Shown here: piece by piece, positions 39,029-48,079 of the stretch | Numbering within the stretch: the stretch's first letter is position 1 | Layout: the number at the start of each line of letters is the position of its first letter | Assembly: GCA_938030745.1 (NCBI GenBank) | Contig: CALHIP010000001.1 | Coordinates: 3,817 to 67,816, forward strand | DNA: 64,000 nucleotides | Reading direction: 5' to 3' | Source: an uncultured Patescibacteria group bacterium | GTDB taxonomy: Bacteria; Patescibacteriota; Patescibacteriia; UBA2591; CALHIP01 | The notes under the pieces: model-generated | The model's database searches: none | The model's input: only the letters and a program-made list of their open reading frames with translations | Told to the model about the DNA's origin: nothing | Program-made: the position numbers and the translations under genes

Positions 39029-40639
39029 ATGATTTTAGAAAACCAAAAAATAATAAAAATTGTTAAAGAACTTAGTCGAAAGAAAATCAAATCCCACGAG
39101 GATTTTTTAGTTTTATTAAAAAAATTAATAAAAAAATATCATATTCCTTTGCCAAGTAATATCGAAATCTTAAATTCTTATAAATTACTGCGACTCCATC
39201 GAAAAATAAAAGCTTCAGAATTTTTTGAGGACTTATTAAAAAAAAGACCAATTCGTTCACTTTCTGGTGTTGCTGTTATTTCTGTTTTAACCAAACCATA
39301 TCCTTGTCCAGGTAAATGTCTTTATTGTCCAATTGAGAAAGGAATTCCAAAAAGTTATCTCTCTGGTGAACCAGCTGTAGAAAGAGCAAAAATTTTAAAA
39401 TTTGATCCATATTTACAAGTCAAAAAAAGAATAGAGATGCTTCAAAAACAAGGACATCCAACTGATAAAATTGAGTTAATTATCATCGGTGCTTCTTGGA
39501 CTGCTTATCCAAAAAAATATCAAGAATGGTTTATTACTCGTTGTTTTCAGGCAGCTAATGAAGAAAGTTCCAAAATAAAATATAAAAAATCAAAAAAAGA
39601 AATTAAATTAGAAAAAGTTCAAAAATTAAATGAGCGAGCTAAAAATAGAATAATTGGTATTAGTGTAGAGACACGACCAGATTTAATTACACCAGAAGAA
39701 ATAAAAAGAATGCGTCAATTAGGTATCACAAAAATTGAATTAGGTGTTCAAACACTGGATGAAAAAATTTTAGATAAAAATCAACGTGGTCATGGTTTAA
39801 AAGAGATCATTCGAGCAACAAAAATGTTAAGAAATGCTGGCTTTAAGATTTGCTACCATTTAATGCCAGGTCTTTATGGTTCTTCTCCTAGAAAAGATTT
39901 GGCAACTTTTAAAAAATTATTTTCTGATTCGCAATTTCGACCTGATTATTTAAAAATTTATCCTTGTGTTGTTACTGAGGGTTCAAGACTTTATGAGCTA
40001 TGGAAGCAAGGTAAATACAAACCATATTCTGATAAAGTTTTAATTGATCTACTTATTGAGATAAAAAAAATTGTTCCGCCTTATGTCAGAATTATTCGGA
40101 TCTTTCGTGATATTCCGTCGTCAAAGATTTTAGCTGGAACAAAAATTTCTAATCTACGGCAAGTTATTCAAAAAGAAATGGTAAAAAGAGGATTAAAATG
40201 TCGATGTATTAGATGCCGGGAAATCAAGAATATAGAATATAGAATGAAGAATGTAGAATTAAAAAAATATGAATATATAGCCAATGATGGCAAGGAAATT
40301 TTCCTTTCATTTGAAGATAAAAAAAATGATCGGCTTTTAGCGTTTCTTCGTTTGCGCTTACCAAAATTCCAGCTTACGAATTCTGGATTTCGTGTTCTAA
40401 ATGGCGCTGCCATTATTAGAGAACTCCACACTTATGGTGAATTAGTAGAAATTGGAAAAAAAAGAAAAAATGCTTCTCAACATAGAAGTTTTGGTAAGAA
40501 ATTGGTAAAAGAGGCAGAAAAAATTGCTAAAAATTTTGGTTATAAAAAAATTGCTGTTATCTCAGGCATCGGTGCTAGGGAATATTGGCGAAAACTAGGG
40601 TACAAACTAAAAGAGACCTACATGGTCAAAAATATTTAA
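39029..40639 (+). CDS. elp3: Elp3-family radical SAM / GNAT acetyltransferase (tRNA wobble-uridine modification)
   Basis: Radical SAM cluster CPGKCLYCP. C-terminal HAT domain ...QHRSFGKKLVKEAEKIAKNFGYKKIAVISGIGAREYWRKLGYKLKETYMVK is nearly identical in pattern to the eukaryotic/archaeal Elp3 C-terminus. Confidence 0.85.
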   Translation: MILENQKIIKIVKELSRKKIKSHEDFLVLLKKLIKKYHIPLPSNIEILNSYKLLRLHRKIKASEFFEDLLKKRPIRSLSGVAVISVLTKPYPCPGKCLYCPIEKGIPKSYLSGEPAVERAKILKFDPYLQVKKRIEMLQKQGHPTDKIELIIIGASWTAYPKKYQEWFITRCFQAANEESSKIKYKKSKKEIKLEKVQKLNERAKNRIIGISVETRPDLITPEEIKRMRQLGITKIELGVQTLDEKILDKNQRGHGLKEIIRATKMLRNAGFKICYHLMPGLYGSSPRKDLATFKKLFSDSQFRPDYLKIYPCVVTEGSRLYELWKQGKYKPYSDKVLIDLLIEIKKIVPPYVRIIRIFRDIPSSKILAGTKISNLRQVIQKEMVKRGLKCRCIRCREIKNIEYRMKNVELKKYEYIANDGKEIFLSFEDKKNDRLLAFLRLRLPKFQLTNSGFRVLNGAAIIRELHTYGELVEIGKKRKNASQHRSFGKKLVKEAEKIAKNFGYKKIAVISGIGAREYWRKLGYKLKETYMVKNI

Positions 40640-40697
40640 AAATTGACTACTATATCATTTGGCGCGGCCGCGTAAAAGAGTATAGGAGTACTTAAAA

Positions 40698-40770
40698 TGT
40701 CCCCAGCAGGAATCGAACCTGCATTCTTTGGCTCCGGAGGCCAACGTTTTCTCCATTAAACTATGGGGAC
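40698..40770 (-). tRNA. tRNA-Arg (anticodon CCG)
   Basis: Reverse complement reads GTCCCCATAGTTTAATGGAGAAAACGTTGGCCTCCGGAGCCAAAGAATGCAGGTTCGATTCCTGCTGGGGACA. Anticodon loop CTCCGGA. Confidence 0.8.
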
Positions 40771-40772
40771 AT

Positions 40773-41603
40773 TTATTTAAGATAAAATATTCCTTGGATA
40801 ATAGAAATTAAAATTAGAACAATGATGATAATTTCTAAAATTTCCATCCGACGAGCATTAATAATTTCTAAAATTGTTGCCATGTGATTCTTCAAAAGAG
40901 AAATTTTTTGTTCTAAAACAGAAATTCTTTCTGGAAGTTCCAATTGTTGAGAGAAATCAAAATAAAGATCATTATAATCTTTCCTTTCCCAAGCTGTCTC
41001 TGGTTTATCTAAAATCTCTAAATTAGCAATTAGGTCTTGATGAAGAAAAATTGCTTGTTGAATATCTTTAACTATTTTAGAAATACCAGGAGAAAAAATT
41101 CTTCTTAAAGTAAAAGTAAGATTTTGAAAACTTTGTAAAAATTCAATCAAAAGTTCATCAATTTTTTTCTCGTAATTCTCAAGAGCTAATGACTGAGCTA
41201 AAAGAATTCCCAAAATTTCTCCATATTTTTCATCATCTTTTGAGAGAATAACTTTATTAAATAAAACTTTATTTTCAATTTGTCTTTCATCAATAACAAT
41301 TTTAATTTTTTCGAAATTATAAACTACTTTTTCTTTTACAAAAGGCTGAATTAAAGAAAGCATTTTTTTCTCAAAAATTTCTGAATTATTGATCAAAACA
41401 ATAACTCCGTAACTTAAGACAAGAAGATATTGCCTTCTTTTCGGATGAACAAGAAAATAAATCTGAGATGGATTATAAGAAATAACAGAAAATATTTTTT
41501 TAAAATGGAGATAAATTTCTTTAATATCAAAACTCTTAGCTATTTGAATAGCCTTTATTTCTCTTATCTCTTTTTTTGATTTTATTTCCATAAAACTATA
41601 CAA
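40773..41603 (-). CDS. Hypothetical protein with C-terminal TM helix (possibly DUF155/RMD1-like)
   Basis: 276 aa. C-terminal hydrophobic helix. Weak family resemblance only. Confidence 0.3.
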   Translation of the reverse strand: MYSFMEIKSKKEIREIKAIQIAKSFDIKEIYLHFKKIFSVISYNPSQIYFLVHPKRRQYLLVLSYGVIVLINNSEIFEKKMLSLIQPFVKEKVVYNFEKIKIVIDERQIENKVLFNKVILSKDDEKYGEILGILLAQSLALENYEKKIDELLIEFLQSFQNLTFTLRRIFSPGISKIVKDIQQAIFLHQDLIANLEILDKPETAWERKDYNDLYFDFSQQLELPERISVLEQKISLLKNHMATILEIINARRMEILEIIIIVLILISIIQGIFYLK

Positions 41604-42549
41604 ATTTTTTCCCTAATAAATAGAGTTTATACCAGATTTGATCAAAAACTAAATCGAATGTTCCTGGGTATTCTATTATTTTTCCGCCAAAACTTTTTTT
41701 AAAACGAGTTACTCCAGGCCATTTTTTTTCATCGATTCCCCAGAAATCATAATACTTTAAACACATTCTTTTTCCTTCTTTAATAACTGTCCAATGAAGA
41801 AGATAGGGAGCCATCAAATTTTTATATTCATCATCTGAGGCACCATATAAATAGGTAACTGTATCAGCAAAAAAAATCATTAAATTACCAGCGATAATTT
41901 TGTTTTGATAATCAGCAAGATAAAGTTTAACAAAATTTTTATCTAGCTGAATCAATTTTTGGTAATATTCAAGTGGGTGAGTTTTAAATTTATTACGATG
42001 AGCAGTCTTTTTTAAAAGATTAAGAAAAATTTCAATTTCTTTTAACGTTTGACCAATTTTTATTCTGACTCCTTTTTTTTCAGCAAGACGAATGTTATAT
42101 CTTGTTTTAGGATGCATTTCTTTTAAAATTTCTTCTTCTGATTTAGTCAGGTTAAGAAGAATTGTCCGTGAAGGTTGAAAATCAGTAATTTTTTTAAAAG
42201 GAAAATTTTTAAAGATCTGAGCATTAAATAAATCTACTCGCCAAAAAATTGAATTTTCTTGCTGAGCTATTTCTTTTATTTTATTCAAAAAAATTTCGGC
42301 TGGAACAATCTCGGTTAAAATTGGAAAACGAGGTGAATAAAGATAACTTTTTTGAAATGGTAAGTTGTTTTTAATAAGCATCAATGCACCAACTAATTTA
42401 TCATCTTTATAAACTCCAAATCGCCAGATTTTTCGATTCAAATTCTTTTGAAATTCTCCCCATAACCAAGAGTGCAAGAATTGAGCCATTTCAAAAGAAG
42501 AAACAAATTCATCCCAAATTTCTTTTTCTTTAATTTCTTGAATTTCCAT
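41596..42549 (-). CDS. FemAB-like peptidoglycan aminoacyltransferase / GNAT-fold family
   Basis: 317 aa. N-terminus EIWDEFVSSFEMAQFLHSWLWGEF resembles FemABX/Fmh proteins. Confidence 0.45.
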   Translation of the reverse strand: MEIQEIKEKEIWDEFVSSFEMAQFLHSWLWGEFQKNLNRKIWRFGVYKDDKLVGALMLIKNNLPFQKSYLYSPRFPILTEIVPAEIFLNKIKEIAQQENSIFWRVDLFNAQIFKNFPFKKITDFQPSRTILLNLTKSEEEILKEMHPKTRYNIRLAEKKGVRIKIGQTLKEIEIFLNLLKKTAHRNKFKTHPLEYYQKLIQLDKNFVKLYLADYQNKIIAGNLMIFFADTVTYLYGASDDEYKNLMAPYLLHWTVIKEGKRMCLKYYDFWGIDEKKWPGVTRFKKSFGGKIIEYPGTFDLVFDQIWYKLYLLGKKFV

Positions 42550-42660
42550 TGTTTTAAATTATACCTCAATTCTAAAAGTAGTCAATTCTTAATCAACGTG
42601 TTAACACATTAAATTTTGATTAATTAGACAAAAAAAATAATTGATTTATAATTAAACAAT

Positions 42661-43920
42661 ATGAAATCTCTCATAAAAACTGATCGAAAAGTGGCTGAGA
42701 TTATTAAAAAAGAAATTGCCAGACAAAAAAACGGCTTGGTTTTAATTGCTTCAGAAAACTTCGCTTCAGAAGCAGTTTTAGAGGCACTTGGCTCACCCTT
42801 GACAAATAAATACTCGGAAGGTTATCCAGGTCGACGTTACTACGGCGGTAATCAATTTATTGACCAAATAGAAAATTTAGCTATCGAAAGAGCAAAGAAA
42901 CTTTTTCTGCCAAAATCTCAATGGAAGAATTGGCAAGTTAATGTCCAACCATATTCTGGTTCGCCGGCTAATTTTGCTATTTATACTGCTTTACTTCAAC
43001 CAGGTGATAAACTAATGGGAATGATGCTTTCTCATGGTGGACATTTAACTCACGGCCATAAAGTTAGCTTCTCAGGAAAATTTTTTAAAACTGTTCAATA
43101 CGGAGTTGACCCGAAAACTTATCTTTTAAATTATAAAGAGATTTTGAAATTAGCGAAAAAAGAAAGGCCAAAAATTATTGTTTGTGGTTATACTGCTTAT
43201 CCGAGGAAAATTGATTTTAAAAAATTTGGTCAAATCGCTAAAGAAGTTGGTGCTATTTTATTAGCTGATATTTCTCATCTTTCTGGTTTAATCGCTGCTA
43301 AAGTTTATCCTTCACCTTTCCCTTATGCTGATGTAGTTATGACAACAACTCATAAAACTTTACGCGGTCCAAGAGGAGCTGTAATTTTTGCTAAAAATAA
43401 ATATGCTGAAGCAGTTAATCAAGCAGTTTTCCCTGGTTTACAAGGTGGTCCTCATGATAATGTAACAGCAGCAATGGCTGTTGCTTTTGGTGAAGCTTTA
43501 AAACCAGGTTTTAGAAAATATGCAATTCAGATCATTAAAAATGCTAAAGTTTTAGCTCAAACTTTGAAAGAAAATGGTTTAGAAATCGTTACTGGTGGAA
43601 CTGATTCTCATTTGCTTTTAATTGATTTAACTGGAACTGGTCTCTCTGGAAAAGAAGCAGAAAAATTATTAGAAGAGGTTAATATTTATGTCAATCGAAA
43701 CACTATTCCATTTGATCCAAAACCACCTTTTGATCCTTCTGGTTTACGTTTAGGTACACCAGCTTTAACTACCCGTGGAATGAAAGAGAGAGAAATGAGA
43801 ATAATTGGTGAAATGATTGCTGAAATAATCTTTAATCCAAAATCAGAGAAGATAAAAAAAGAAATAAAAAAAAGAGTTTGGGATTTAACAAGAAAGTTTC
43901 CTCTTTATAAAAATTTTTAA
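42661..43920 (+). CDS. glyA: Serine hydroxymethyltransferase
   Basis: PLP site VVMTTTHKTLRGPRGA. 419 aa. Confidence 0.95.
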   Translation: MKSLIKTDRKVAEIIKKEIARQKNGLVLIASENFASEAVLEALGSPLTNKYSEGYPGRRYYGGNQFIDQIENLAIERAKKLFLPKSQWKNWQVNVQPYSGSPANFAIYTALLQPGDKLMGMMLSHGGHLTHGHKVSFSGKFFKTVQYGVDPKTYLLNYKEILKLAKKERPKIIVCGYTAYPRKIDFKKFGQIAKEVGAILLADISHLSGLIAAKVYPSPFPYADVVMTTTHKTLRGPRGAVIFAKNKYAEAVNQAVFPGLQGGPHDNVTAAMAVAFGEALKPGFRKYAIQIIKNAKVLAQTLKENGLEIVTGGTDSHLLLIDLTGTGLSGKEAEKLLEEVNIYVNRNTIPFDPKPPFDPSGLRLGTPALTTRGMKEREMRIIGEMIAEIIFNPKSEKIKKEIKKRVWDLTRKFPLYKNF

Positions 43921-43923
43921 AAG

Positions 43924-44337
43924 ATGAGAAAAGTTTTAGTTTTTGGCACGTTTGATAAATTGCATCCTGGCCATCTTTATTTTTTAAATCAGGCAAAAAA
44001 ATATGGCCAGCTTTTTATAGTAGTAGCCAGAGATAAAACAGTTAAGGAAATAAAAAAGAAAACTCCAAGTCAAAATGAGAAAGAAAGAGTTAAGAATTTA
44101 AAAAAAATAAAAATTGCAAAAAAAATAATTTTAGGCAATTTAAATGATAAATATCAAGTTATTAAGAAAATAAGACCTGATATTATTTGTCTTGGCTATG
44201 ACCAAAAATTTTTTGTCAAAAATCTGCCAAAAAAGATAAAAGAATTTGGTTTAAAAACAAAAATTATCAGATTGAAACCATACAAACCGAATCTTTATAA
44301 AACCTCTAAATTGGCAAAATTTTTTGCCAAATTTTAA
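43924..44337 (+). CDS. Cytidylyl/adenylyltransferase (RibL-like FMN adenylyltransferase family)
   Basis: VLVFGTFDKLHPGHLYFL is the (H/T)xGH nucleotidyltransferase motif. 137 aa. Confidence 0.55.
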   Translation: MRKVLVFGTFDKLHPGHLYFLNQAKKYGQLFIVVARDKTVKEIKKKTPSQNEKERVKNLKKIKIAKKIILGNLNDKYQVIKKIRPDIICLGYDQKFFVKNLPKKIKEFGLKTKIIRLKPYKPNLYKTSKLAKFFAKF

Positions 44338-44403
44338 TTTTCAATTTATAACCCTTTATTAATGCGGTTTTTAAAGACCCCTTTTTTGGTGACTGTCACC
44401 TTT

Positions 44404-44487
44404 TGCCGCGGGTGGGACTCGAACCCACACGGAGTAAAAACTCCATTGGATTTTAAGTCCAACGCGTATACCATTCCGCCACCGCGG
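44404..44487 (-). tRNA. tRNA-Leu (anticodon UAA)
   Basis: Reverse complement reads GCCGCGGTGGCGGAATGGTATACGCGTTGGACTTAAAATCCAATGGAGTTTTTACTCCGTGTGGGTTCGAGTCCCACCCGCGGCA. Long variable arm. Confidence 0.85.
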
Positions 44488-44489
44488 CT

Positions 44490-44969
44490 TTACAAAAGCA
44501 TTTTTAAAAATTTATCTAAATTTGGAACAAAATCAAAGTTTTTTAATTCTTCTGGTTTAATCCATTGATATTTTATATGCTCCCAATCTAATTTTATCTT
44601 TGGTCTATTTTTTAATTCTACCAAAACAGGATGAACAATCCAGATCTTATTTATTTTTTTATCTTTAAATTTATATGTTTTAGCAATTTTGAAAGAGGAA
44701 ATATCATTTAAATTTATCCCCAATTCCTCTTTAATTTCTTTTTTAACCATTTCTTTTAAAGGTTTTAATTGATCATAATAACCACCAATCCCATGCCATT
44801 TTCCTTTATAATCTCTAACTTTTTGACTCCTTTTCAGAAGAAGAATTTCATCTTTATATTTTAAAAAACAAATTAGAACAGCTGCTTCCTTTGAAAAAGA
44901 GTAATTTATTCGGCCATCTGGAAAATGAGGTAATTTTTTAAAAAATTTTTTAACAATTGAAGGAATCAT
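44490..44969 (-). CDS. NUDIX hydrolase
   Basis: GGYYDQLKPLKEMVKKEIKEELGI approximates the Nudix box (KE..EELG). Confidence 0.55.
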   Translation of the reverse strand: MIPSIVKKFFKKLPHFPDGRINYSFSKEAAVLICFLKYKDEILLLKRSQKVRDYKGKWHGIGGYYDQLKPLKEMVKKEIKEELGINLNDISSFKIAKTYKFKDKKINKIWIVHPVLVELKNRPKIKLDWEHIKYQWIKPEELKNFDFVPNLDKFLKMLL

Positions 44970-44991
44970 CCAAAGATTTAATTTTGGATTG

Positions 44992-45063
44992 AGCGGGAGA
45001 CGGGATTCGCACCCGCGATCTCTTCCTTGGCAAGGAAGCGTTCTACTGCTGAACTACTCCCGC
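44992..45063 (-). tRNA. tRNA-Gly (anticodon GCC)
   Basis: Reverse complement reads GCGGGAGTAGTTCAGCAGTAGAACGCTTCCTTGCCAAGGAAGAGATCGCGGGTGCGAATCCCGTCTCCCGCT. Confidence 0.85.
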
Positions 45064-45096
45064 TTTTTTATTATCTTAGTCAATTTTTTGGTTTTG

Positions 45097-46170
45097 TCAA
45101 ACCCCTACTTCAATTTTTTTTAAAACTCTTTCCAATTTTTTTTCAAAAACAACATTCTTTACTTGTTTGTATTTATCTAAATTTTTTTCAAAAATTGATA
45201 AGTGATTTAAGAATTTATCCAAAACATCTTTTTCAATTTTTAAAGAAAAAATTCCATAACCGCTTTTTTCTACTAAAAGGCCATTAAGAATTTGCTCAAA
45301 ATCTCCTTTAATTGGTAAAGATAAAATTGGTTTTTTAAGATAAATTGCCTCACTGATTAAGGTAAAACCGCCATTTAAAATTACTCCTTTACATCTTGAG
45401 AGATCATTAAAAAATTCTTTTTCAGAAAATTTTTTTAAAATAATATTTCTTGTTTGTGATGGTAATCCTAAATTATAACAGACAAATTTTTCTTCTGGTT
45501 TTTCTCTAAAAATTTTAAATAACTTTTTCTTATAAATCGGTGCTGTTTGATAAACTAAAACAAAATTTTCTTTTTTTGATTGAAGTTCGAAAATCTCCTT
45601 TCTTAAAATCGGTGGAACAACAAAAGTATTAGGATGAAAAATTTTTCTAACCGGTGTAAGTTTTAAATTAAATGAAGTAATAAAACGATAATCACCTAAA
45701 GGATAAAAAAATTCTAACGTTCTTATTCCAATAAATTCTGGAAAATATTTAAGTGGAAATTTAATTCGACAAAGTTGACTTATTAATTGATTATCAATAG
45801 TAATTAAAGGAATATCTAAAGCTCGAGCAAACCATCTGGAAAATGGTTCAAAATCACTGATCACTAAATTAATTTGAAAATTTTGGACAATTTTTTTAAA
45901 AAGAGAAAAGTTTTTACTAATAAATAAAGGTAAACTTTGTAAAAATTTAATAATCAAACCGGTGACAAAAATTCGACCGGCTAAAAAATAATGGCGATAA
46001 CCTTTAATTCCAATTACATCATCAGGAAACCATTTTTTCATTAATCCAAGACTTTGACCATAAGTAGCAATTTTTACAAGATGACCTCTTTTCTTTAAAA
46101 ATTCAATAACAGTTTTACTTCGAATGGCATGACCAAAACCTTGACCAGAAAGAGTGTAAAGGATATTCAT
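45097..46170 (-). CDS. Glycosyltransferase (GT28/MJ1255-like family)
   Basis: N-terminus MNILYTLSGQGFGHAIRS is typical of this glycosyltransferase group. 357 aa. Confidence 0.55.
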   Translation of the reverse strand: MNILYTLSGQGFGHAIRSKTVIEFLKKRGHLVKIATYGQSLGLMKKWFPDDVIGIKGYRHYFLAGRIFVTGLIIKFLQSLPLFISKNFSLFKKIVQNFQINLVISDFEPFSRWFARALDIPLITIDNQLISQLCRIKFPLKYFPEFIGIRTLEFFYPLGDYRFITSFNLKLTPVRKIFHPNTFVVPPILRKEIFELQSKKENFVLVYQTAPIYKKKLFKIFREKPEEKFVCYNLGLPSQTRNIILKKFSEKEFFNDLSRCKGVILNGGFTLISEAIYLKKPILSLPIKGDFEQILNGLLVEKSGYGIFSLKIEKDVLDKFLNHLSIFEKNLDKYKQVKNVVFEKKLERVLKKIEVGV

Positions 46171-46198
46171 AAAAAAATTTGCATTAATTTAGTTGTTT

Positions 46199-46705
46199 TT
46201 ATTCCTTCAATTTTTCTAAAATTTTTAGTTCAAGTTTATCAGTCTTAGTGTCATATACCGCAAAAGTTGCTTTATAAAACATTCCAGCTAAATTACCAGG
46301 ATTGACTAACCTTGTTTTCCCAATTTTTTCCTCCCACGGCTTATGATCATGGCCATAAAAAATGAGATCGTATTTTTGAGTTTTGGCTAATTCTTTTGCT
46401 TTTTCAGGATAATGAACAAAAGCAATTTTTTTATTATCTAATACTATTTCACCTAAATCACCATAATATTTAACATTTTTAAATTCTTTAACCTTCTCTT
46501 TAAGTAATTCCTTATCACCAACATTGCCATAAATAAGATGAATTTCACCATCAAAGGAGACTGCTAATACTTTTGTTAAAAAACTAGGTGCACATAAATC
46601 ACCACAATGAATAATTAAAGAAATATCTTGCGATTTTAACCAAGAGAGAGTTTTTTCTAAATTAGGAATATTATCATGAGTATCAGAAATAATAGCAATT
46701 TTCAT
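46199..46705 (-). CDS. Metallophosphoesterase (YfcE/MJ0936 family)
   Basis: MKIAIISDTHDN, GDL and GHDH motifs. Confidence 0.75.
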   Translation of the reverse strand: MKIAIISDTHDNIPNLEKTLSWLKSQDISLIIHCGDLCAPSFLTKVLAVSFDGEIHLIYGNVGDKELLKEKVKEFKNVKYYGDLGEIVLDNKKIAFVHYPEKAKELAKTQKYDLIFYGHDHKPWEEKIGKTRLVNPGNLAGMFYKATFAVYDTKTDKLELKILEKLKE

Positions 46706-46711
46706 ATTATT

Positions 46712-48001
46712 TTAATCTTCAATTATTACTTGATTTTTTAGCCATTGGATAATTTTACGATTTAATAAAAAATTTCTTAAATAATTCTGATATTCATCAG
46801 TTCTAATATTTCTTTGTGCTTCAAGATCATATTGATAATATTTAAGTAATCGATTTATTTCCTGACCTAATTCTTCATCACTTACAAAAAATTTATATTC
46901 TTGGGCAATTTTTCCAATAATTAAAGCAGTTTTAACTCTTTTTTCTGCTTGGGGAGTAAATTCTTCTTTTAATTCGTCTTTCGTCTTCTTTATGTGGAGG
47001 AGATAATCTTCAAATTTTAAATTTGACATTTCTAAACTCTTTTCTAACTCTTCAATTATTTTCTCCTTTTCTTCATTTATAATTATTTCCGGGATTTCTT
47101 CGAAATCAGAATTTTTAATTATTTGATCAAGCATCTCCAATTCTAACCTTTCTTCTTCTTTATTTTTTTCTTCTTCTTCCAAATTTTTTCTTAACTGTTC
47201 TTTTAATTCTTCTAAATTCTTAAAATTTCCTACACTTTGAGCAAAATTATCATCTAAATTTGGCAGCTCTACCTGATAAATAGAATTGATTTTAACCCTA
47301 AAATCAATTTTCCTTCCCGCTAATTTTTTATCATAAAAATTTTCTGGATACTCTAAAGAAAATTCTTTAATTTCTCCTTTTTTCATTCCAATCAATTTTT
47401 CTTCTAAGCCAGGAATGTAATAAGATTCACCTAATAAAAATGAGACATTTTTTCCTTGACCATTTTCAAGTGGAACTTTATTAAAAAACATCTCAAAATC
47501 AATCTCTAAGCGATCTCCTTTTTGAGCAGGTCTTTCAACTAAGATTTCCTTTCTTCTGGAAATCCTTAATTCATTTAGAAGTCTTTCAACTTTTTCTTCT
47601 TTAATTTCTATTTTTTTTCTTTTAACTTTTATTTTTTTAAAATCACAAATTTTTACCTGAGGAAAATTAAAGAAAGTTGCTTTATAAATAAACGGATTAT
47701 CTTTGGCTAATTTCAGAATTTCAATTTTTGGCAAATTAATTGGTTCTAAATTCTTCTCTTTGATTACTTGCCAATAGGTTTCTTCGATAGCCATTTGAGC
47801 TGCTTTTTCATAAATTTTTGCTTCAGAGATTTCTTTTTTAAAAAGATTAATTGGTGCCTTACCTGGACGAAAACCAGGAATAGAAATCTTTGAAGCAAGC
47901 TCAGATTCAGCTTTTTTTAGAAAAGAATTAAATTCTTCTGAATTAAGTTCAATAATTAATTCAATAGTACTTTTTGGTAATTTTTGAATTTTTATTTCCA
48001 T
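46712..48001 (-). CDS. tig: Trigger factor
   Basis: N-domain signature IPGFRPGKAP. 429 aa. Confidence 0.85.
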   Translation of the reverse strand: MEIKIQKLPKSTIELIIELNSEEFNSFLKKAESELASKISIPGFRPGKAPINLFKKEISEAKIYEKAAQMAIEETYWQVIKEKNLEPINLPKIEILKLAKDNPFIYKATFFNFPQVKICDFKKIKVKRKKIEIKEEKVERLLNELRISRRKEILVERPAQKGDRLEIDFEMFFNKVPLENGQGKNVSFLLGESYYIPGLEEKLIGMKKGEIKEFSLEYPENFYDKKLAGRKIDFRVKINSIYQVELPNLDDNFAQSVGNFKNLEELKEQLRKNLEEEEKNKEEERLELEMLDQIIKNSDFEEIPEIIINEEKEKIIEELEKSLEMSNLKFEDYLLHIKKTKDELKEEFTPQAEKRVKTALIIGKIAQEYKFFVSDEELGQEINRLLKYYQYDLEAQRNIRTDEYQNYLRNFLLNRKIIQWLKNQVIIED

Positions 48002-48036
48002 ATTTTTAATTATAACAAATTTTTTATTAAAAGAAA

Positions 48037-48061
48037 GGGAGGGCTTTGCCCTCCCCTTTTT
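48037..48061. terminator. Bidirectional terminator hairpin
   Basis: GGGAGGGC-TTT-GCCCTCCC flanked by A and T runs, between hppA and tig. Confidence 0.65.
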
Positions 48062-48079
48062 ATTTTTATTCTTTTTTAC

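Noticed and set aside
40652-40672. GC-rich palindrome GGCGCGGCCGCG (contains a NotI site) between elp3 and tRNA-Arg as a possible functional element
   Set aside because: - The stem would be only 3-4 bp with a 2-4 nt loop.
- It could be a weak bidirectional terminator.
- The evidence is insufficient.
44362-44568. 68-aa ORF overlapping tRNA-Leu(UAA); similarly 45027..45287 overlapping tRNA-Gly and the glycosyltransferase
   Set aside because: The sequence is a tRNA gene on the opposite strand, so the ORFs are artefacts.
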